DNA of 62,277 bases, the filler included, from Diploschistes diacapsis (lineage: Eukaryota): NCBI GenBank assembly GCA_023645945.1. It is 7 parts of 7 records of this genome, joined end to end, with 100 filler letters (N's around TTAATTAATTAA, not from the genome) between each part and the next. Parts side by side here need not be neighbours in the genome. Positions count along the whole stretch, not along the records: positions 28,486 to 56,590 come from JALAIB010000152.1; positions 56,691 to 62,277 come from JALAIB010001520.1; 5 more parts are not named here. The stretch is one strand, 5' to 3'. Position numbers and translations under genes: made by a program. Positions within the stretch are counted from its first letter, which is position 1, and each line of letters begins with the position of its first letter. The notes under the pieces were generated by a model. It saw nothing but the letters and a program-made list of their open reading frames with translations. It was not told the DNA's origin and ran no database searches. Positions 50,299 to 61,825 of this stretch are shown here, piece after piece.

Positions 50299-51785
50299 TC
50301 AACCCGACGCACGCCGCTTCAACTTCTTCAAAGTATTCTCGTGGACCGTGTCCTTGAGAGTCGTATTAGCGAGGTGCAGTTGCATGAGCACATATGCGGC
50401 CCTGGTCTCTTTGGTCGATGTAATAGGAGAAGGGTATCTAATGTGATAGGATGACTGGCTTTCTGGGCTATCAGCTCTACTGTTGTTCTTCCGAGCCTCA
50501 TCCTTGACCCTTGTGCCCCCCTTCTTGGGAGTGGTCGTTGTCTTCGGACTGATATTGCCCGAACTGCTTGAACTGCTTGGTGAGTTGGGCGGAACAAAGC
50601 GGCCTCGGTCATTCAGGGACTCGGACGATTCGTTCTGGAAGCGAGGCAGCTTCAATGTACCCGGCCAAGGCTTCGAAATGTTCGTACGATTCCATCCGAC
50701 CGTCGATCTCGGTGATGGAAGGTAGTGCTCGCTGCCTTCCGCATCTGAGCTGTGAGGTGTGTCGCTCTTTTTTTGTTGGAACTTGGACTTCATCTGCTTC
50801 GACCATAAACTGTTTGCGATTGGCGGCTGTGGTTCCGGCGTTGAAGGTGTCGAGGAGCGGCTTGCTTGAAAGTCTTGTCCCGACGGAAGCTCTTTGTAAT
50901 GCTTTGCCTCTTGCGAGCACCTGGCCACAATCTCGGAAGCGATGATCATGTGCCCAAAGCCTTCGGCACCAGGCTTGATGCACATCGACGCGAAACTCGC
51001 ACCGAATACAGGAACGAGAGCGTACCGAATGTTGTAGCAAAAAGTCGCTGCAACTGCTCTTGATGCTTCGAATGGCATCCAGTACCCTGTGTTGTTTCAA
51101 TACTGGTCAAACCCTTAGCAATAGCTGCGATTCTATACCTTGAGCGGCCAAAGCACCTCCGGTGATACTGTGGCAGATATCTCTCAACCCCGGATTACTG
51201 TTCAGCATCTTTGCCGGAACTGTCTAGGCATATCATGAGCATTGTTGTATAGGATCCTAGCCGTCACCACTTACTTTTGCATATTGGCAGCACTTGAAGA
51301 ATGGCGTTATACGCACCAGACCAATGTTATAGTCCCACATGACTGTGTACTGGCGGTCTTCTCCCGGCAACCGAAATGTGTACTGAAATACTGTATACAC
51401 CTGTCAATCATAGTCAGAAGGCTGAGGCTGATGAGCACCAACCTTCGAACGCTCCTCGCCCCGTCTTCTCTAGGAATCCTTTCTTGTCGCTGTTGTATGG
51501 GATATGCCGGCGGTAGTCTGCAATCCTGCCGAGGGGATAAATCGAGAACTTGTGGAGTTCGTTCAGTGTCTGTGAATCGTACTTTTCCCATGGTGGGAAC
51601 CTTATCTGGCCATGAATCTTGCCTCTGGAGAATATGGCTGCGTCTTTTGCCATCTTCTGCTTCTTTGACGGAGGTGGCGAAGAGAATGAGCAGGGCTCAG
51701 GGGTGACCCTGGTGCTCGAAGCGGGACTCAGTAAAGGCCGCGGCTCTTCGAGGACTGGATTAAGCAAAGAGGCCACGGAAACCAT
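50299..51785 (-). CDS. APSES/KilA-N transcription factor (Xbp1-like clade), 4 exons
   Basis: [104 protein letters not shown]-terminal AAYVLMQL. Confidence 0.92.
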
Positions 51786-54700
51786 GCTGTCGGTTAGAGA
51801 AGTTATGGGACCTAGAGCAGCTCTGAATGCTGAGGATACCGAACCAAGGTAGACGCAGTTGCCGGTTCGAGTGAGCTACTTTATAGCATTTGGAAGGCTT
51901 TGTAACCTGAGTTGCTAGTGTCGTCCCTTTTTCCAATGTCTATCGACCTGGAACAAGAAAGCGTTGTCTTAGTACTTCGTTTGAACAAGTCGTCAAAGCC
52001 CTCTGCAGCTCCGGCCTTTTGTCTTAATAGAGCTATCTCCTGGGAGAAACAGATTAATACTGTTCGGAGGGGATGATAATGCCGAACGTGTTGTCCTGCA
52101 GAAGAGTTCTTTGTCTTCTTGACGCAAGTGCGCGACCAAGCTACTGATTCTGTCTCAGTAGGGTATGCGGTGAGGGCCGTCTTGCGTCTTTCTAGTCACA
52201 GAGCAGAGTATCCGTCTTGCACTGCAAATTTTACGAAAGCCTCAACAGTACCTGAATCTAGAATAGGAATGAGAGTCTGGCTAGCTGGCGGTGAAGCATG
52301 CCAGGGTAGTTGAACTGGCTGGGTCATGAGGCGGTCTGGTGTATTTTATATGTCGACTCGTTTTGGCTAATCTGGATTGCATATTCTGTCAAGACCAGAC
52401 ACCTTAAGACTTTAGAGGTTGTCACAAGCAATTGCTACCCAGTTATCGACCTCATGTCCGCCCCGAAAGCTGAGTGGAGTATTGGCAGTGACCGCGATGG
52501 AATATGTCTGCGTTCACTGATTGTATGATTACATGATTACCAGCCGGCTGCCTTCTGCAAAGAAAACACGAAGAAATTGAGTGGTCTATCGAGGAGCCCT
52601 ACACTGGATTGGGTCTTGCCAGCGTGTTCCCGCTTGCGTTGGCTCAAACACCTTTGACTGCCATGTTTACATAAACCATCCAGAGCTACCCCTGCGTTTG
52701 GACCTGGAGAAGTTCGCGGACGATTGGTAAAGATACAGAATACAGAACGGTCGAAGCTATCCATCAACAGTTAGGTTTGCTTTCTCACTGTTCGTCGTCT
52801 TGAAATATTGTCTTTCAGGTTTTCACGGTGGCTTGTTGGTTGTGCCGGCCAGTCTCTGCCTTCGGAAGCTTGCAGGACGCTATACCGGAATCTAGCCATA
52901 TTCAAGACAGAGGGGTGTATGAGAGATTCTGGCTTTAATTTTGTCCCAACCGCCAGACCATACTCGAGGCATATTCTCCCGCACCTGTTTTCCATTATTA
53001 GACATACCAAATGCCCATCCTGCCTGCTATATCGCCCATTCCTGACTCATTGTTGGTTTACAGACTCCAGATCCCTTTTTTCTCTTGCGGCATAACCACT
53101 TTATCGTCATCAGTACCTATCAACGGGTAAGCAACGGCAGACAAGAGCGAGCGTATCTATAACGTGTCTACATAGGATTGTACCTAGGCTCAGCAAGCGG
53201 CTTGCAATTGAGGAAGCCCCATGCCGGGCATTCTTCCCAGATCAAATGGATCGAGTGGCTAGTTCAAGAAGGATGTTGATAGGTTCTAGAATTGTCATGC
53301 CCGAAGGCGAGTTTCCAATTGCACATGGCTTCCAACTGCCTCATGCAATCCGAAAATAGTTGAAGCGCCGCTGTTTGTTCCAAAATAAGCAAATGCGCGA
53401 GCAGTTTTGTTGTTTGATATGTTTCCTCGCCCATATTCTCACCTTTTTTTTTTTGGTAGGTAGCGAGCTTAGCTGCATCTACGCAAGCTTTCTGTGTTTC
53501 TCTACCACATTCATTGTACTTCTACACCCACAGCTGCCTTACGCTACATTCTGCGCCGTGCTTTGCGCCTAACTTGCTTGTTCTGCTCCATCACCAGGGT
53601 ATTTAGATACTCCAGTGCTTTATCAGTACAAACCATCATTTGTTCGCGTCTACAATAACCTTTGTTTACGCAAATTGGACGTCTCTCGGCTCTTTTAACC
53701 AATATACTCCGCTTAATCCCTAACGCTACGTTTCTTCTGGTGACAGATAATTTCTCTTTGTTATTACAGAGATGTACTCAAGCATTGTCACAACGGTTCT
53801 GTACCATCTTTAGTGCTTTCTGCACGATCGTTCCAAGCTTTTTACTTCCGACAGAAGCAATATGCCGATGCGAGCGTCTCCTCCGAGTGGACTGTCAACT
53901 ATCCGCAATATAGGTTGACGGGCCCATGCTTACCAGGAGCTCAAGGAATCGTGCCTATACTGAGCTTCATGTGGATACCGAATCAACCAGACAGTAAGAC
54001 AGGCTACCCCTCATCCGTGGGGAGGTTCCGGTCGACAAGATGGAAAAGTAAAGAAGCGTGGTCTATTTTTCAACTGTGAAACCCGAGCAGGTCTTGATAC
54101 TTGCCCCGTACGACGTCCTGCCCACGTGCACTAATGCATCCCCCGCACCAATGCGTTGGGAGAGCCTCGACATTGCGGCTGTGCTTGAACCATTCACGCA
54201 TCGTTGCTCTGCCGTGACGAATTTCGCATCGTACTTGCAGCACATTACCCACCATCCTTGCGCATCCTTAAAACCACCACATTATGGTCTCGACGGGGCG
54301 TCCGAGCTCTATCCAACCGCTGCATCGAACCCTCTTCCAAGTAAGTCCCGGCCAACAAGTCATCGTTGTGAGATACTGATGGAGATCGACTCTTCTTGGT
54401 CCATCGAAAATCCGGGACGGGCACAAGCTTCGTAGATACAACGCCAACCTAGCTTCGCCTCAGTGTTTTCAGTCTTGAAACTGTTGTTGCATCGTCTACT
54501 TGCCGGCCTGTTCGCCAACGTACTCACCGAACGGATGCTTGCGGCGGCAAGAATAGCTGGTTATACTTCACAGACGCGAGCTGTTGCATCATCCCAGGAC
54601 GGAAGTTTCACCATATCAGAAATGCCTAGTTACCGTCGGTAGGCTTTTTTCGACAATTCCCTTACCGGGATTCACGAAATTTCCTGGTAGTCGCTCTTCG

Positions 54701-56590
54701 TCGCCACCCTTGCCCCTTTGATCTTCCCTCGCGCACCAGTGCATGAGTCAAACCGCGAGCTCGGGAAGCAGGTCCTTGGCCTTGGATTTGTGGCTCGTGC
54801 TCGGAACGGAGCATCGGGTCAAGGGCTTGTTTCCCGAATCGTCCGTAATACAGTGACTGTACCAAAGTATGCAGCGACAACTTGTTCAAGAGTTGTTTCA
54901 TGATGAAAATAGACTTTTGAGAAGTGTGTGTTGCTTACTTACGCATGCAGCGGAGCAAATAGCAGAGCGTGGTGGTCATCAGCAATCACAACTTTAAATC
55001 AAGGACAACTTACTAGACAAACAAATGATGCAAAGCATCTTGGTTTGTAAAAGGATTTGCATACTTCCTGCTCGGACGAAGCGACTGAGAAAGGTCAGGT
55101 GACCTCTTCAAAGAAAAATGGATCTCCAAGCATTTAGCCAGATCAACAGCCTCAACTCTTCCCGAACAAACAAACGCTACACAGGGCGCGAGAATGGGTA
55201 CGTACCCCTCCGTCTCGCCTCGCTTTCTGTACCACCCCATCTGCCCGTCACACGCACGACTACCTGCCCATGTTGCACAAACTATGTGAGTGGCGAACCG
55301 GAACCAACCTGACCATGCTTAGATACCTTCCCATTGCTGTCTTCTTGTGGCAGGAACTTCGATGGCGCGATCTAGCAGCATGAGCATAACCTGCGGCGCT
55401 GCAAGGTGCCTGGTGGTTGATTGAATGAAGCTGGGGATTCAGCGGTTCATTTTGGAGGGTGCATCAGCAACAGCCTCATCTGAAGCCTCGCCCTTTAGGC
55501 TGCTGCAGCTTTGTCCTGGGGCTGCGGAGGCCCTTGGCCCTGATCATCCGCTGCTGCTTGCTCCAGCGAGCATTGGCCAGACTGAGGCCCGGCGCTGGCT
55601 GACAGGCGTGCATGCGCACGGAGCTGCGCGATCGTTATCCGCGGGATGTGCAAGGCTGTTGTTCAGGAGGGACTCGAAATGAGGCTATCTACTGCCAGAA
55701 CTTCCCTCAGCAGCTAACTATCCAAGATTAACCACCTTGTTGCTCGGCCTTTCAGGTTCAATGCAAGCTTCACCGAAAAACAGCACCAAGCCACTTCATG
55801 TTCTGGCTTCCGGTGTGGCAAAACACAGGGCACTCAATGCAGCGAAGTCTCGTTGGTACAGTGCGCGTTCTCGCTCGCCTCATATCCTGCTTTATCCACG
55901 CACGACCAGAGGAGCCCAGGGCCCAGGCTCTGTCCTTCCTTATTAGTATCAATCAACAGTCTCAGCCCCAAGGCACGCATCAGGACCGAGGGGGCCAACA
56001 GATCATCGTTATCCCGTTTCGTCCTCAAAAACGATGCCCATCCGGTCATAACATTATGCTTCCCCGCGCAGCAGCCTCCGCTAACCTCACCAAGCCTTGG
56101 ATTTTCTCCAGGGCAATGATAACAACCAACAAGTTAGTAGCGCACAAGTCCTCGGCCAGGGCTGACATCACCACCGCCCCACCGTCGTGGAATGGGACCC
56201 TCTTCATTCCCTTCCCCAACGAGTCCCATCAGCTCCTCAACGAACAGGCGGCTCAAGCCGCGAGTTCCATGCTCACACCCGTTCTTCTCCCCTTGCACAT
56301 TACCCCGCCCCACTCCGCCGCTCCCCATTCCCCGGCAAGAGGAATGATCACTCTCATCTCGGACAGCTGCGCGTGCAGGTCCGGGATCGAGTTGTGACGG
56401 GGCACGCAAGAAACTCCCGCCCCTAGCTCGAGCCGGGTTTGCGGGACCGTCCCCCCCTCTCTTCACACACACACACACACACACTCTCTCCCTTTCTCTC
56501 CCCTTCTTATTTTTAATAGCTCTATTCTGTCGCTCCCCCTATCCTTTACAAATCAATGGAAGGCACGACAAGCCGGGGGCGGGGGGGGGG

Positions 56591-56690
56591 NNNNNNNNNN
56601 NNNNNNNNNNNNNNNNNNNNNNNNNNNNNNNNNNTTAATTAATTAANNNNNNNNNNNNNNNNNNNNNNNNNNNNNNNNNNNNNNNNNNNN
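56591..56690. other. Artificial contig linker
   Basis: N44-TTAATTAATTAA-N44, flanked by poly-G. Confidence 0.99.
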
Positions 56691-56823
56691 GGGGGGGGAG
56701 ACGAAACTGAATATTACTTGAGGTGCTGTGGTGGCGGCTGGTAAGTCGTTCAACCTTGGTTCTGGCTCCTCGTGAGTTATTCAACTGCAAGAGAGGAGTT
56801 TAGAATCATATTTTGAAGATAAC

Positions 56824-57822
56824 ATGTCGGCCGATCATATATCCTTCGAGCTCCGCCGAATCGGCTCAGGCTTCTGTGGCACTGTCTGGTCCTCGCAAGA
56901 GCTTGGGAAAACCTCTGCTTTCAAGAGGGAAGACGGTGGACCGGGAAGGTCTTTGGCAAACGACTTTGAGATGCACAGACGTGTTCTTAGTGCGGTAGAG
57001 GAGCTGATGACCTTGACGGCTATGTCCAAGAATGCTCATACTTGTCCGATAGTCCAGGTACCGTGCTGTTACCGGTACTTACGCGCCGATGATCCATGGT
57101 GGAACGTGAACATTCGACGCTTTCCCGAGGGCTACTCTCCGAGCAACACCATCGAATCAGAGCGGATCCAGCCACTATGTTTATCAGCCAGAGAGCGTAT
57201 CATCGATAAATACTGCCCGAAAGGTCTGGCGGAGGAGATCAAGAATAGTCATGCTAACAGAGACTGTTTGGTTCGGCCTTACCTGGGTCGCCGGCGACTT
57301 GTACGAACAAGCAATCGACCACAGGGATCTAGATTCTCCGCGTTCTCGCTTCGAAATTACCCTATGCATGTAGATCAACTCGAAGAATTGGGCTTGCCGA
57401 TAGATACATATGCAGAAATCATGGCAGACGCTCTCGCTAGCATGCACTGGATTGCGGAGTTCGATGCGAACGATATCGAATTTGTCCTTGCGCCTGTCCG
57501 GAATCATCAAGATCACCGGCAAGATGACTGTAGCATACAGTCAACAATACTGGGTAACCATACTGTGTGGCTCCTTGACTTCGACTGCTGCCGGAAGATG
57601 TCAATGAACAAGGAAGGCGTTGAGCAAGCTGTTACGGCATTTATTCGCAACGATCCATTTTATCCACGTCCTGGCCTTGAATGCTCGCAAAATCGAAATC
57701 TTTGGGATTTATTCGCCCACAGGTACTTGGAGACGAGTCTGGGTATTCTTGAAGCATCGGATAAGCGAAGCGGCCTTCCCAAATTATTTATCGACAGCGT
57801 CGAAAAAGTGCTTGAAAACTGA
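56824..57822 (+). CDS. Fungal DUF3669-family protein (protein-kinase-like motifs), intronless
   Basis: RIGSGFCGTVW, FKREDGGPGRSL, ANRDCLVRPYLGRRR, FSLRNYPMHVDQL, MADALASMHW...DANDIEFVL, WLLDFDCC, AFIRNDPFYPRP. Confidence 0.8.
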   Translation: MSADHISFELRRIGSGFCGTVWSSQELGKTSAFKREDGGPGRSLANDFEMHRRVLSAVEELMTLTAMSKNAHTCPIVQVPCCYRYLRADDPWWNVNIRRFPEGYSPSNTIESERIQPLCLSARERIIDKYCPKGLAEEIKNSHANRDCLVRPYLGRRRLVRTSNRPQGSRFSAFSLRNYPMHVDQLEELGLPIDTYAEIMADALASMHWIAEFDANDIEFVLAPVRNHQDHRQDDCSIQSTILGNHTVWLLDFDCCRKMSMNKEGVEQAVTAFIRNDPFYPRPGLECSQNRNLWDLFAHRYLETSLGILEASDKRSGLPKLFIDSVEKVLEN

Positions 57823-58640
57823 CACCGCCAACAAGGACTGCCTGCTTCGCCTTTGCCTTGGGCAAAGACGAGTTGGAATCCTCCCGTCCTTGGGGAAGCA
57901 TCTTTGTCAGCCTTCGCAACTACAAACTCCACCTGGATCAGGTCGAAGACCTACAGCTAGATGCTGCTGAGATTGCTACTAGCATAGCAGATGCCATGGC
58001 GGTCCTCCACTGGCACACGATGGTAGACAGTATGGACGTTGAGTTTGTGCTTGGCAGTTCTCCTACCGATGAGGAGAAAAACCGTTGGATGATGTCTATC
58101 GAAGCTATTCAGCAACTGGTCCCAAAAATGAGCACCTTTGAGCATGTCACGAATTCCCGTCCAGACTTTACTAAGAGACTCATCAGCCTCTGGCTGATAG
58201 ATTTCGATGCTTGTGAGGATATCACAATGGATGGCGCCGGCGTAAGAAAAGCTGTTAGGGCCTTCATAGAGAAGGAGCCAGGCCATTGACGAGAGATGGA
58301 AACGACGAGGAGCTGTGGGTAACCTTCCGCAAGAGATACCTAGCCACATCAGCAAGACTGATCAGCAATAACTCGCATGCCACTCTCCCAGAGCAATTCA
58401 TCCAGGGTGTGTACGAAGCCATACGAGCGCGAGCCATGCCATGATCGGGAGTCAGTCGTGGTGGTCAGTCTAGTCATGATTGACGCGGTGGCAGACGTGG
58501 ACAAGGTGGCCCATCAGGATACGGTCAAGGCAAATACGGACAAGCAGGGCGTGATGGACCATCAGGGTACGGTCAAGGCAAATACAGGACAAGCAGGGCG
58601 TGGAAGCCATGGTAAGGGGATGGGGGAAGAGCAAGCTGAG
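57823..58640 (+). pseudogene. Second, divergent DUF3669 paralog: 5'-truncated, frameshifted, with a Gly/Arg-rich tail
   Basis: ANKDCLLRLCLG; frameshift near 57865; FVSLRNYKLHLDQ, IADAMAVLHW...DSMDVEFVLGSSP, LWLIDFDAC, AFIEKEP; frameshift near 58279; RP...ELWVTFRKRYLATS...LPEQFI; stop at 58442, then an RGG/GYGQG tail with further lesions. Confidence 0.8.
58511..58602 (+). repeat. 48-bp-period direct repeat encoding (G)PSGYGQGKYGQAGR twice
   Basis: Copies at 58511-58553 and 58559-58602; the second has a 1-nt insertion. Confidence 0.85.
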
Positions 58641-59087
58641 GAGAGTGAGCAGCACACCAGCAAAAGCCTCAACCTCACCAATCCCCCTTCAGTAATACTA
58701 TTCAATGCTGGAAAAGCATTAGCAGTAACAAAACCATGGGCTTTGCAAGAATAAAAAAACCCATTCGCTTGACAGATCCCAAATCCCCACAGTCTACGGA
58801 GGTACCTTTCCATAAATTGCTGCGGAGTTCACCTGCCTGTAGATTCCAGTAACTGGGAGCGTCTCTCTCAGTTGAAGGGCCACGCCGTTTCATTGGCAGC
58901 AGCCATGGGTTGACTTTCGGTAGAACTATCCAACATCAACAACGTATTTGCGATAGGGGCGCGCAATGGCGCTTCGCAATAGGGCTGAAAAATTGGCACT
59001 AATTAACTCCCTTACTGTACAATAGTTTGCTCAATTCTAAGAATAGTAAATTACAAATATATAACTAGAACTATGAGTTAAGTTATA

Positions 59088-59111
59088 TGTGTGTGTGTGT
59101 GTGTGTGTGTG
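59088..59111. repeat. (TG)n microsatellite in an AT-rich spacer
   Basis: Read directly. Confidence 0.9.
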
Positions 59112-59308
59112 CGTGTGCATATTGGTTTATAGATATAAAGCATTCATAGGTCAAATTTATATCTAAAACGAAAAAAAGTGCTTAGTTATGAGATGGTTCG
59201 TTATGTCTTGACCCTTTCAACCGAACAGAAATGACATGTACACTACGACGCCCTCTATGAGTAGAAGTGTAATAATCAATTCAAATTAGTTCTATACTGT
59301 AGAACTAG

Positions 59309-59469
59309 TCAGTTGATCGCCACCGTCCTCTCCTCGCATCCGGCAAAGAAGCCCGCCATGTTGCGCGCCCAGTCGATGCCGTTGACAAATGCAAATTCGA
59401 GGAGTCCCAGCCGGACGAACCCAGCGTCCTCGCCTGGTTCGCACTCGCAATCTGCGTTGCTAGTGCTAG

Positions 59470-59515
<46 letters not shown>

Positions 59516-61825
59516 CCCGCTCCCGCTCCCGCTCCCGCTCCCGCTCCCCATGCAACTACCTGTGCATCCGCTCTTTGCCGCGCTGCCGTTCGCTCGTCCC
59601 AGCACGATAGCTGCGTGGCATGACACAGGTACGGCCACCACGCGGCGTCGGCGACAGCCGTTGTACGAGACCATGCCGCGTCCGGCGTAGAAAACGAGTT
59701 CACCATCATCACCATCGTCTTCGTCACCATCATCCTTCTCGTCAGTACAAACTTGCGACCTGGGTACCAGCTCTCTGGGGAAGTCTGGTAGCAGCATCGC
59801 AATGTGATGCTCGTTGAAACGCAACGGATCGCCGATAGAGATATCTACCACGGGCACGCAATTCTCAGGCCGGTCGAATATCACTTGGTCGCCATTCCAG
59901 TCAAAGGATCGGACAGACCCACGCAGCATCAACTGGGCACGGATTACTTGCCCGAACGGTGCCTCGTCGTAACGAGGCTTAATGTCGTGTGCTATGACAC
60001 GAGTCTCGGCCAGGAGGAAGGAACTTGCATCTTCTGCAGGCAGCTTCGTTTCGAGATTGGCCCAAAAGACCCCAGACCGCATCGAGGCCCAAGACCAAGT
60101 TCCAGGCTCACGGACAGTTATTATGACAGAGTGTTGTTTATCATCATCCTGTGGCTCTGTTGTATCCGAATGGTCTGCACACCAAGCTAGACAACGCGGC
60201 ATATCACCAAGCCACAGGCCCGCCATGTAGGCTTCGTCGGCACCTAAAATGCGATGGAAAGGACTAGCGATGCCAGCAATGGCAGGTAAGTAGTCTTCCC
60301 AGTAACTCAACTGGCGCTTGACATAGTCCTCCACGATGCTGATCCAGAGATCGTAGACGGAGATGCGATCGCCAAGGGCCTGCCCCTGCGCTGCTATGAA
60401 GATGTCCTGGCTAAGCCGTTCTGGCCTAGGGTGGAAGTAGTCCGTCTTACCGCCGTTAGCAAACACGGCATCTTGGCATGTCCAATACATCTGCCAGGAG
60501 CCGAATGTCAATACCCGTGGCGATAGCAAGCTTTCCTGTAGAGTCCAGCCACGAGTGTTTAACCACTCATGGGACCAATTGTATACCCCCGCAGGCTGGG
60601 CAATCAGAGTTCCAGTGCCACTATCATTTGGGCACGGGAAGGTGATTTCGGCGCAAATGTCAGGCTTCGGCCAATCTGGCGGTCGACTCGGCTGGCGGAA
60701 GCCAGAGTGACAGGTTCGCGATTTGGCGGCGGCGAGGGTGATAAAGGCGAACCTATAGATTGATTCCATGGCTGTGATCTCGCTCATTTTGTCGAGCTCA
60801 TCGTCCTGGATGATGCACAGGGCATCGATCCAAAGGTAGCGCAGGCCGAGTTGGTGGGTCCACCATATTGCATCCTGGATCGTGTTTGGCAAATCATCAT
60901 AGGAGAGCGCTTCCTGCATCTCTTCTAAGGTGGCTTCGGTCAGTGTCGACGGCTGCGCACCACCCCAACAGTAGGACAGGCATGCATATTCGCCCATCTG
61001 GCCATTTGTGACGAATACTCGTGGCTTCGTGCCTCCATGTCCGACGTCGATCACGCGTTTCGGTAGGCAAGGAATCGACTGCGGTGCAGGACAGGATGGA
61101 TGTGACTGCGTGCATCGTCGGATCCAGTCCTGAGCGACTTTTACGCAGGCATCGGTGCCCATCTCAGGATTTATGGGACGAGTCGTGACGAACCTTGCGG
61201 CCGGATCGGCTTCGTTGGGTAGTTAACATCCCTTAAAAGTAAGGCAGGTCATCGAGATATACGGGATTTTGAGAGCGTAAGAGTGACACATACCGGGCGA
61301 GGCAAAGATGTGAAAACTAGTCGAAGTGTTCCATCGCTCATGAGCACCTAGCGGAGAGACCTGCAGCTCCTGAATATCGAACCTGCCGGATACATGGCCT
61401 TGATCCTGCCTAGAACTACTTCCAGGCACTGTGTGCGAGACCGAGCTCGTATCTGCATGGAAGTTCATGATCAACGCCTCGTCCGCGCGGTCGGCGGTGT
61501 CTTCGAGCCGACGGTTTCTATCTCCCAGGCCCAGAGAAGGTGCCTCAAGCCGGTACTTGGAAAACCGATCGTCGACGCTCCAGCGCTCTGTAATATCGCT
61601 CAAAGAGCTGCAAATGGTGCATCCGCTTTGGACGGCATTGCGGAAGGCGGAAAGTTGCACGGGAACATCAAGTCCGGCGTCGCTGAGCAGCTGCTCGAGT
61701 CGCTCAGCGGACGACACCCGACTCGCAGTATCATCTCTGACGCTGACCGCGCCCGGTGGCAAAAGGATCCGAGAGCAGCTATCGCAGGTATTCCTCTGCG
61801 TCTCGGTGTTGCTGTTAAAGTCCAT
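59309..61825 (-). CDS. HET-domain (heterokaryon incompatibility, PF06985-type, TOL-like) protein, 2 exons
   Basis: Exon 1 with CDSC and CTIC; intron 61293-61210 (GTATGT...GTTAAC...AAG); DPAARFVTTRP, LPKRVIDV, YACLSYCWG, TIQDAI...LGLRYLWIDALCIIQDD, MESIY, LNTRGWTLQE, WSWAS. Start tentative (possible acceptor at about 61901). Confidence 0.93.
59459..59548 (-). repeat. Compound in-frame hexamer microsatellite encoding (GS)n(NS)n(TS)n inside the HET gene
   Basis: On + strand: (GCTAGT)2 (GCTGTT)7 (GCTCCC)6. Confidence 0.95.

Noticed and set aside
55798..56397. 199-aa plus-strand ORF
   Set aside because: No domain or motif; lies in a low-complexity, promoter-like region near the contig end.
29637..61825. 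NLR and HET gene as a receptor-effector cluster with amyloid signalling
   Set aside because: They are on different contigs, and I see no HET-s/sigma/PP-like amyloid motif at the NLR N-terminus.
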